64,000 nucleotides of DNA from a virus. Lineage: Duplodnaviria; Caudoviricetes. Of this stretch, positions 17,584 through 24,920 are shown in pieces (the first letter of the stretch is position 1; the number at the start of each line of letters is the position of its first letter). The stretch covers positions 13,722-77,721 of the IMG/VR virus record IMGVR_UViG_3300010429_000981; one strand, 5' to 3'. Below the pieces are notes generated by a model, which was given only the letters and a program-made list of their open reading frames with translations, was not told the origin of the DNA and searched no databases. Made by a program: the position numbers and the translations under genes.

Positions 17584-17633
17584 ATACCTTCTTTACATCA
17601 GATCCTCATTTTTTCCACAAAAATATCTGTTGA
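17580..17633 (+). pseudogene. 17-codon stub duplicating the start of the 17867 metallophosphoesterase
   Basis: MNTFFTSDPHFFHKNIC* versus MNIFFTSDTHFFHKNII; 40/48 nt and 14/16 aa identical; ends inside promoter copy 3. Confidence 0.8.
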
Positions 17634-17674
17634 CTAGGGTTCGTATTTATTCTATAATATCTTTACTGAATCAA
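17615..17674 (+). promoter_or_regulatory. repeated early promoter, copy 3
   Basis: CCACAAAAATATCTG-TTGACT(17630)-17 bp-TATAAT(17653)-ATCTTTACTGAATCAA. Confidence 0.85.
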
Positions 17675-17692
17675 ATAATGGTCATCAAATAA

Positions 17693-17860
17693 ATGATAAA
17701 CCCTACTGTTTTATATCCTTCTGTTTTATATGTTGTGTTGGACGATAGAGATGTATCTGTTATTGGTGTATATTCGGATAAACATGCCGCCCGTAAAATG
17801 TGTGAACAATCTCCTCATTATTCTATAGATGAATCCTTTATTAACGAAATAGAACTATAA
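17693..17860 (+). CDS. small hypothetical protein (55 aa) carried by promoter cassette 3
   Basis: MINPTVLYPS...VIGVYSDKHAA...INEIEL*; V-x-G-V-Y-S motif common in small phage proteins. Confidence 0.6.
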   Translation: MINPTVLYPSVLYVVLDDRDVSVIGVYSDKHAARKMCEQSPHYSIDESFINEIEL

Positions 17861-17866
17861 AATAGA

Positions 17867-18394
17867 ATGAATATATTCTTTACATCGGATACACATTTTT
17901 TTCATAAAAACATCATTAAATATTCTTCTAATAGAAGTCATTTTTCTGATGTAGAAGAAATGAATGAATCTATTATCGAACAATGGAATGATACAATTAA
18001 TAATGATGATGTTGTTTATCATCTAGGTGATTTTGCTTTTAGTAATGCCGAAAAGGCTACCAATATCGCTAAAAGATTAAATGGAAAAATTTATCTAATA
18101 CCTGGGAACCATGACCATAAGTTAATTAAGTCAATTGATTTCTGTAATTGTTTTGAAGAAATATTACCAAAATATTATGAACTAAAGATCGGTAAACAAT
18201 TTATCATTTTATGCCATTATCCTATTTTTAGATGGAATGGCATGGAATATGATTCACTACATTTTCATGGACATACTCATGGAACCTTACCAACTTATCA
18301 CAAAAATGCTATAGACGTTGGAATAGATGCTAATCCTTATGGTAGTATGGCACCATGGGAATATTCGGAAATTATCTCCCATATTACCTCATAA
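17867..18394 (+). CDS. calcineurin-like metallophosphoesterase
   Basis: SDTH, HLGDF, GNHD, CHYP, HGHTH. Confidence 0.9.
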   Translation: MNIFFTSDTHFFHKNIIKYSSNRSHFSDVEEMNESIIEQWNDTINNDDVVYHLGDFAFSNAEKATNIAKRLNGKIYLIPGNHDHKLIKSIDFCNCFEEILPKYYELKIGKQFIILCHYPIFRWNGMEYDSLHFHGHTHGTLPTYHKNAIDVGIDANPYGSMAPWEYSEIISHITS

Positions 18395-18405
18395 AAATAT
18401 TTTAT

Positions 18406-18434
18406 TAGACATTTATTACCAATAATAGTATACT
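18406..18434 (+). promoter_or_regulatory. sigma70-type promoter
   Basis: TAGACA, 17-bp spacer, TATACT; same upstream CCTCATAAAAATATTTTA as the promoter at 169. Confidence 0.6.
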
Positions 18435-18445
18435 TGATTCACAAA

Positions 18446-18778
18446 ATGGAAAAAAGAATGGAAAAGATCAAGCCAATTATCGAGTTGCTCTACTATGACT
18501 ACCCCCAAGTTTTTATAGGGCGCAATATTGAGGATCAAAATTATTGCTGTATGGTAATTACCGAGAATGAGTTTGGTCCACAATATCTCTGTACTCCAAT
18601 ATCAGATCAACGAACTCAGAGGATTTCAGATGGGTATATTGATTTACGAGATGTTTATGAGTACCCAGAGGTGAATTATTTTTATTTGGCAAGTTATAAC
18701 GAAGAAGACGAAGAATCAATATCTCTAATTCTACAAGACTATACATCATGTCCTGAAGAATTTTTACCAAATTCATAA
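18446..18778 (+). CDS. hypothetical protein (DUF6575-like)
   Basis: YYDYPQVF...YLCTPIS...IDLRDVY; start moved because the TTG overlaps the -10 box. Confidence 0.55.
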   Translation: MEKRMEKIKPIIELLYYDYPQVFIGRNIEDQNYCCMVITENEFGPQYLCTPISDQRTQRISDGYIDLRDVYEYPEVNYFYLASYNEEDEESISLILQDYTSCPEEFLPNS

Positions 18779-18800
18779 AATTACACAAAGAGAAAAAAAA

Positions 18801-19100
18801 ATGACCATTTCAGAAATGATTAGCGTATTAATTGCCCATAAAAGTGGTAAACCTATTGAAACTAGGGTGAAGGGTGGTAATGGTAATGGTGCTTGGGTTG
18901 GTGTATCAGAACCTCTATTTAATTTTGAAAAACAAGAATATAGAGTTAGACCAAATTATCTAAATTATAGAGTAGGAGTAAATAAAGTAAATAATATTTA
19001 TGTTGTGTTTATAATAACAGAATTGAGCGAAGAACAAGTGGCAGAAAACAATCGTAGTTTTTTACGTTGGGAAACAGAATGGAGAACCATAAATGAGTAA
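18801..19100 (+). CDS. hypothetical protein
   Basis: 99-aa ORF; W......P.FNF....YRV phage motif. Confidence 0.55.
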   Translation: MTISEMISVLIAHKSGKPIETRVKGGNGNGAWVGVSEPLFNFEKQEYRVRPNYLNYRVGVNKVNNIYVVFIITELSEEQVAENNRSFLRWETEWRTINE

Positions 19101-19347
19101 TGTTCCAAAATTTACAGTATTAAAAGATGAAGATGATTTTGTTATTGAGATTAATAGTGGAAAATATAAAGATGTCTACTATTCCTATAAGAATATCGAT
19201 CTAGTAGAAAATGATCTATCCTATGATTTAGAAGTATTTAATGATAATGGTTTTATTAATGATAAGAGATTCCTCAATATTACTAAAAAAATTATGATGG
19301 AAATTCTAAACAAATTTATGGAAAATAGGGATACTATTAATGGTTAA
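19093..19347 (+). CDS. hypothetical protein
   Basis: 84 aa, overlapped operon gene. Confidence 0.55.
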   Translation: MSNVPKFTVLKDEDDFVIEINSGKYKDVYYSYKNIDLVENDLSYDLEVFNDNGFINDKRFLNITKKIMMEILNKFMENRDTING

Positions 19348-19666
19348 TATCACATTTGAAAAATTTAAGGTAATTGTTACTAGATTATACAAATTAAATC
19401 TAAGTACAGAACAATATCTAAAAGCATTAGGAGAGATTGACCCCGATTTAGAAGATCATTTTACAGAAAGTAAGCCAGTAAACAATTTATATCTAATGAA
19501 TGATATTTTAATGATACAATGTTTTGGTGATTTATCAGATGTTGTTAATTGGTTATTTTATGATTTTCAAGATGGTGAAACAAATATTCTACATCATGAA
19601 AACGATGTCTATTATATCAACAACCTAGACGAATATTTTAATACAATTAAAGAGATTTATTATTAA
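19340..19666 (+). CDS. hypothetical protein
   Basis: 108 aa, overlapped operon gene. Confidence 0.55.
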   Translation: MVNITFEKFKVIVTRLYKLNLSTEQYLKALGEIDPDLEDHFTESKPVNNLYLMNDILMIQCFGDLSDVVNWLFYDFQDGETNILHHENDVYYINNLDEYFNTIKEIYY

Positions 19667-19667
19667 T

Positions 19668-20789
19668 ATGTTAAACGTGCAGCAATTTCTGGTTGATAAT
19701 TCTGTAGAAGAATTAGTAAAGCAATATAATATTAAAGTTAGGGATTATCCTGAAGATAATATTTTAATGTTGAATTATGATATGATTGATTCTCCTAAGA
19801 CGCATCCTATTACTATGGAATGTCGTTCTCTAATTTTAGATAGAACTAATTACAATATTATCTCTAAGAAATTTGATCGTTTTTTTAATCTAGGTGAGAA
19901 TCCAGAATCTTATCTTGATTTTGATTGGGATAATTGTTATATCACTGAAAAGGTAGATGGCAGTTTAACAGGGGTATATTATAATCCTAATACCGCTAGA
20001 TTTGAAATTAGTTCTCGTTCTCAGGCAAAAGCTGAATTAGATCATGAAGTATTTGGTAATTGGCGAGAAGTTATAATCTCTACTTTTGGATTTAATTCTG
20101 AGGAAGAGTTTCAGGAATTTTTTAATGAAATAAGAAATTCAAAAGATATCACCTTTATTTTTGAATTTATTTCTCCACTTAATCGAATTGTTACTCCTTA
20201 TTCAGAACCTAAGATGGTATTTCTGGGTGGAACTTTTACTGATAATGAACCATTATCTAAATATGATATGGGTTTTTTCATGGAGAATTATTTCAATAAA
20301 ATTAATGTAAGATTACCAGAATTTTATGATATTCCCCATGATACCGATGCCTTAATTAAATTGGCTAATACGCTTCCTAATCTTCAGGAAGGATTTGTAT
20401 TATGGGACGAACATACAAATAAAAGAATTAAGTTAAAATCTACTGCTTATTTAGTAGCACATAGAATGCGTGGGGAAGACAGCAAACCTACTAGAAAGAA
20501 TATTCTTAATCTTATTTTTACCGGAGAAGTTGATGAGTTTCTAGTGTACTTCCCTGAATATAAGGAATTCTTTGATAAAGAAAATGATAATATCAATGAT
20601 CTTAATCAAAATCTTAATTCATTATGGCAATCAGTAAAACATATTGAGGATCAAAAGGAATTTGCCCTAAAAATTAAGGATAATGATTTATCATCAATTT
20701 TATTCATGGCTAAGAAACAAGGTATTCATCCTATTCAGGTATTTCATAATTTACCAGCAGATAAAAAAATAAGGTATTTCAATGTATAA
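19668..20789 (+). CDS. rnlA: RNA ligase 1 (T4 RnlA-like)
   Basis: ECRSLI, FDRFFNLGE, nucleotidyltransferase motif I TEKVDGSL, FEFISP, EGFV, KLKS. Confidence 0.88.
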   Translation: MLNVQQFLVDNSVEELVKQYNIKVRDYPEDNILMLNYDMIDSPKTHPITMECRSLILDRTNYNIISKKFDRFFNLGENPESYLDFDWDNCYITEKVDGSLTGVYYNPNTARFEISSRSQAKAELDHEVFGNWREVIISTFGFNSEEEFQEFFNEIRNSKDITFIFEFISPLNRIVTPYSEPKMVFLGGTFTDNEPLSKYDMGFFMENYFNKINVRLPEFYDIPHDTDALIKLANTLPNLQEGFVLWDEHTNKRIKLKSTAYLVAHRMRGEDSKPTRKNILNLIFTGEVDEFLVYFPEYKEFFDKENDNINDLNQNLNSLWQSVKHIEDQKEFALKIKDNDLSSILFMAKKQGIHPIQVFHNLPADKKIRYFNV

Positions 20790-21027
20790 AATTTATAACC
20801 CCGTTACCAATAATTATGCGAAAGGGGGAATAGATGACTTATGGACCAAGCACGGAAAAATTTGGCCAACAATAAATAATTTGAAATTACATTTGAGTGT
20901 TGTTAAATCATATCCGTATACTAATAGATACCAAAAATATATTACTCATGGTTGTATGGTTATTAATGTCTTGACAGATGAAGAATTTCCTATTAAACTA
21001 CTCATTGATAACCCAGAGAACTTTTAA
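20782..21027 (+). CDS. small protein, tandem paralog A
   Basis: MYKIYNPVT...VINVLTDEEFPIKLLIDNPENF. Confidence 0.75.
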   Translation: MYKIYNPVTNNYAKGGIDDLWTKHGKIWPTINNLKLHLSVVKSYPYTNRYQKYITHGCMVINVLTDEEFPIKLLIDNPENF

Positions 21028-21029
21028 TT

Positions 21030-21284
21030 ATGTATAGAATTTATAACCCTGTAACAAATAAATATTCCAAGGGTGGTAGCAGCATATGGTCATTATGGAG
21101 TAAAAATGGAAAAGTTTGGGCTACCATGGGAAACCTAAAATTACACTTGACTATGATAAAAGACAAATATTATAATAGACCCACATTAGATAATTATTTA
21201 CAGGATAATTGTGTGGTTATTAATGTCTTGACAAATGAAGAATTTCCTGTTAAACTACTTATTGATAACCCAGAGAATTTTTAA
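21030..21284 (+). CDS. small protein, tandem paralog B
   Basis: MYRIYNPVT...VINVLTNEEFPVKLLIDNPENF. Confidence 0.75.
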   Translation: MYRIYNPVTNKYSKGGSSIWSLWSKNGKVWATMGNLKLHLTMIKDKYYNRPTLDNYLQDNCVVINVLTNEEFPVKLLIDNPENF

Positions 21285-21286
21285 TT

Positions 21287-21529
21287 ATGTACAGAATTTA
21301 TAATCCAATAACTAAGTTATATGCCAATGGCGGTGTATATAATGATTGGTCTAAAAATGGAAAAGTTTTTACAACTATGGGAAGTCTAAAAAAACATTTA
21401 ACTTCGATTAAAAAATATTCATATAGTAAAATTGAAAGATATATTAGTGATGAATGTAAGGTTATTAATGTCTTGACAAATGAAGAATTTCCTGTTAAAC
21501 TACTCATTGATAACCCAGAGAACTTTTAA
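21287..21529 (+). CDS. small protein, tandem paralog C
   Basis: MYRIYNPIT...VINVLTNEEFPVKLLIDNPENF. Confidence 0.75.
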   Translation: MYRIYNPITKLYANGGVYNDWSKNGKVFTTMGSLKKHLTSIKKYSYSKIERYISDECKVINVLTNEEFPVKLLIDNPENF

Positions 21530-22293
21530 TGATTACTAATAATCGTTATACCAACCCTAAGGTAAGATTATTGAGTGATTTACACATGGAAGGGGGTCGA
21601 TTTAACTATGAATATCTGGGCGAAGATATAGTAATTCTTGCTGGCGATATTCATACTCGCGGAAGACACGGTGAACTATTAGACCAAATACCTAAAAATG
21701 TTCAAATTTTAATGGTAGCAGGTAATCATGAGTTCTATCATTCTGAATTCAAATATGTAACTCAATGTCTAAAATCATTAGAAGATGAGTATGAAAATCT
21801 TAAATTTCTAAACAATGAAACTTTTGTCTATAATGATATTTATTTTTATGGCGGAACTATGTTTAGCGATTTTCTACTCTATAAACTACCTATGCAAAAA
21901 ACGTGTGAATTGGTAGCAGAAAAAGGTATAAATGATTTTAGGATTATTTATGGCTACTGGGATATTAAACAACATAAAGAACAACATAAAGTGTTTAGTA
22001 AAGGATTAAAGAAATTTCAGAAGTTAGCGGGTAATAATAAGCAGGTAGTCATTAGTCACTTTTGCCCTTCTCCTGGTAGTATTGATTCAAGATATGGTAA
22101 TGATCCATTAAATGCATATTTTACCAGTGATATGGAAAAGTATATGGGGTTTAATGGTTATTGGTTTCATGGACACACGCATTCAAGTTTCTATTATTCC
22201 AGAGGAGATACTAAAGTTATTTGTAATCCTAAAGGTTATGGAACTGAGAATAAAGAATTTGATCCTAATATGATTATTGAATTGGTATTTTGA
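21529..22293 (+). CDS. calcineurin-like metallophosphoesterase
   Basis: SDLH, AGDI, GNHE, SHF, HGHTH, NPKGY. Confidence 0.9.
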   Translation: MITNNRYTNPKVRLLSDLHMEGGRFNYEYLGEDIVILAGDIHTRGRHGELLDQIPKNVQILMVAGNHEFYHSEFKYVTQCLKSLEDEYENLKFLNNETFVYNDIYFYGGTMFSDFLLYKLPMQKTCELVAEKGINDFRIIYGYWDIKQHKEQHKVFSKGLKKFQKLAGNNKQVVISHFCPSPGSIDSRYGNDPLNAYFTSDMEKYMGFNGYWFHGHTHSSFYYSRGDTKVICNPKGYGTENKEFDPNMIIELVF

Positions 22294-22517
22294 TGTTAGA
22301 ATATTATCCTATCATTGAATTACCCACTAAAAAAATAGCAGCACTTATTATCTATAATAATACTGATGCTAGTGATGATCAGTATACTTCTGCTAACGAT
22401 AATAATTATGAATTAGAAATTATTTCAACACCCCAGGAAACAAATGCTCTATATGAATTATGGGTAAATGCCACCAACAATGAAAATGTAATAACTGGAA
22501 CTTTTGGAAAAAAATAA
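22290..22517 (+). CDS. hypothetical protein
   Basis: 75 aa, overlapped operon gene. Confidence 0.45.
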   Translation: MMLEYYPIIELPTKKIAALIIYNNTDASDDQYTSANDNNYELEIISTPQETNALYELWVNATNNENVITGTFGKK

Positions 22518-22973
22518 ATGCCTAATCTACTCATTATTCGTGGTATTCCTGGATCTGGTAAAAGTACTCTAGCAAAATCATTATTGGCTTCTTCTAATGA
22601 TTCTTGTCAATTAACTACTCCTAATTATAAAGGAATAGTTTATACTCATCATTATGAAGCCGATATGTTTTTCATTAATGATCATGGAATCTATGAATTT
22701 AATAAAGGATATATTAAATATGCCCATGAATGGTGCTTCGCTAATACTCTAAAAGCATTAATCAATAATCATAATGTTATTGTCTCTAATACATTCATTA
22801 AATTATGGGAATTAGAAAAATATCTTGCTCTAGTAGAATTGGTACAGAATACCAAAATAGAAGTTATTGAATTAACTGATAAACACAATTCTATTCACAA
22901 TGTTCCTGAAACTACTATTAAAAAAATGGAACAATCTTTTGAACCTTACATTAAAGAGGTAATTAATGACTAA
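22518..22973 (+). CDS. P-loop kinase (AAA_33/polynucleotide-kinase-like)
   Basis: Walker A RGIPGSGKST; EADMFF, VIVSNTF, SIHNVP. Confidence 0.8.
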   Translation: MPNLLIIRGIPGSGKSTLAKSLLASSNDSCQLTTPNYKGIVYTHHYEADMFFINDHGIYEFNKGYIKYAHEWCFANTLKALINNHNVIVSNTFIKLWELEKYLALVELVQNTKIEVIELTDKHNSIHNVPETTIKKMEQSFEPYIKEVIND

Positions 22974-23187
22974 TTTTACATCATCTAATGAATTTTCGCT
23001 TTATATTGAGAAGTTAGCCAAATCTGATAATACTAATTATATTGATGCTATCATTAATTATTGTGATAATCATATGCTAGAACCAGAGGAAATTACTAAA
23101 TTTATTAATATTTCCCTAAAAGAAAAGTTAGTAAATGATTATAAAAATCTAAACTATTTAACAAAGGAACCTATCTTGAAATTTTAA
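22966..23187 (+). CDS. 33: late promoter transcription coactivator gp33
   Basis: FSLYIE...YIDAI..YC......E.I...I...LKEKL; located next to 59 and 32 as in T4. Confidence 0.8.
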   Translation: MTNFTSSNEFSLYIEKLAKSDNTNYIDAIINYCDNHMLEPEEITKFINISLKEKLVNDYKNLNYLTKEPILKF

Positions 23188-23774
23188 TGAATGGATTTAG
23201 AGCATTTCAATATCACATTGCCTTAAAAATTCACTTTACCAAACCAAATTTTTCAGTTTTCCAGAATAAAGGATTTTTAAGGGGGAAATACGAAACTTAT
23301 CTAAATAGGAATGATTATTTATTATATGAAAGATTAGCAGTTAAGTATAGTACTCCTAAAGAAATCATTCAATTTTTAGCCTCTAATATCATGTATAACA
23401 ATTTTGGAATAGTTTATGATATAGAAGAAAGCGATAACAATTATCAGGAATATCTTAGAAGAAAACAGTCGATTACTAAAATATTTCTGGATGATATGCA
23501 CAAGTTATTAAACAAGAATATTGTATTAAATAATAGTAGACAAACGGCTGTAAATGTGTTAAACTTATTCTTAGGTAATAAAATTACTATAGAATCTGTT
23601 AGAATATTAGATGATTTGATTGGTGATATGATTGACACATTAAAAAAAGATAATAATACTATGTTGTTGTTTAGTAATGATATACTAAGAATTGAAAAAT
23701 CAAAGGGATTTGTTTTTTATAAGAAAGAAAAAGTGTTACCAATTTATTTAAGTTATTTACAAGAGGAATTTTAA
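23187..23774 (+). CDS. 59: helicase loader gp59
   Basis: AF..H.ALK.HF, ..IQFLASN, ITIESVRILD motifs and synteny. Confidence 0.8.
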   Translation: MNGFRAFQYHIALKIHFTKPNFSVFQNKGFLRGKYETYLNRNDYLLYERLAVKYSTPKEIIQFLASNIMYNNFGIVYDIEESDNNYQEYLRRKQSITKIFLDDMHKLLNKNIVLNNSRQTAVNVLNLFLGNKITIESVRILDDLIGDMIDTLKKDNNTMLLFSNDILRIEKSKGFVFYKKEKVLPIYLSYLQEEF

Positions 23775-23780
23775 GGCATC

Positions 23781-23978
23781 ATGGGTAAAACAGTTAGAAA
23801 AGAATCATTGGAAGAGTTTGATGATTTTATTGAAAATAGTAATCACAGAGGAGCAAAAGCACGGGTAATAGCAAAAAAGAAAAACACATTAAAAAATCCA
23901 CACAGAAATGTTCAATTTTCTGAAAATGATGTTTATTATGATATCAATGCCTATAAAGATTATTATACTAAACATTAA
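23781..23978 (+). CDS. small basic hypothetical protein
   Basis: 65 aa between genes 59 and 32. Confidence 0.55.
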   Translation: MGKTVRKESLEEFDDFIENSNHRGAKARVIAKKKNTLKNPHRNVQFSENDVYYDINAYKDYYTKH

Positions 23979-24039
23979 ACCGAAGTACCGAAATATCAAA
24001 CGAAGTATCACAATTAATTAAATATATAGAGGAATTATT

Positions 24040-24918
24040 ATGGTAGATATCGCATCATTAAAAAAAACCCGTAACAGTGATTTAGAAAAACTAAAATCCA
24101 AAATCGAAGAAGAAAACGCGGCCAGAAATTACGACGACAAACGCTTCTGGAAACCCGAACAAGACAAGGCCGGAAACGCCACCGCTACTATCCGCTTCCT
24201 TTACCAATTACCTGATGAACTACCCTATGTAAAATATTTGGCCTATTCATTTAAGGGTCCAACCGGCAATTATTATATTGAGAATTCATTGGTAACTTTC
24301 AAGCAACCTGATCCAGTCTATGAACTTAATGGTCGCCTATATAAAACGGGTATTGAAACCGACAAGTTAATTGCTAAGAATCAACGACTTAACACCAAGT
24401 ATATTTCTAATATTCTAATGGTTAATGATCCTAAGCATCCAGAAAATAACGGAAATGTATTTTTATTCCGCTATGGTCCCCAAATTCATAAGATGATTAC
24501 TAATAAGATTAGTCCTGAATTTGAGGATGAAGAATCTGTTAATGTTTTTGATTATTGGGATGGTGCTAATTTCAAGTTACGCCTAAAGATTGGTGACAAT
24601 AATATGGCAACTTATGTTAGTAGCACATGGGAAAATCCTGGTCCTATTGGTACTGATGAATATATTCAAAAGATTGCGGATCAACAATATCCATTATCAG
24701 AATTTCTTACACCAAAATATTTTAAGACCTATGATGAACTAAAGAAACGCCTTGATTATGTTTATAACAAGCCCACAACGGTAGGAACAGCGGGAGATTT
24801 AGCCAATAAGTCTGTTCCATTCAAGGCACCACCCTCTAAATCTGCTCCTGCTATTAATTCAGAGGAAGGTGAAGAAGAAAATTATGAGGAATATTTTAAC
24901 TCATTATTATCTGAATAA
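24040..24918 (+). CDS. 32: single-stranded DNA-binding protein gp32
   Basis: DKRFWKP..DKAGN..A.IRFL, YIENS, DPV.E.N, GANFKL, acidic C-tail. Confidence 0.93.
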   Translation: MVDIASLKKTRNSDLEKLKSKIEEENAARNYDDKRFWKPEQDKAGNATATIRFLYQLPDELPYVKYLAYSFKGPTGNYYIENSLVTFKQPDPVYELNGRLYKTGIETDKLIAKNQRLNTKYISNILMVNDPKHPENNGNVFLFRYGPQIHKMITNKISPEFEDEESVNVFDYWDGANFKLRLKIGDNNMATYVSSTWENPGPIGTDEYIQKIADQQYPLSEFLTPKYFKTYDELKKRLDYVYNKPTTVGTAGDLANKSVPFKAPPSKSAPAINSEEGEEENYEEYFNSLLSE

Positions 24919-24920
24919 CA

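Noticed and set aside
20782..21529. Regularly spaced ~70-bp repeats as a CRISPR-like array
   Set aside because: The repeats are in-frame coding ends of three paralogous genes and the spacing is about 250 bp.
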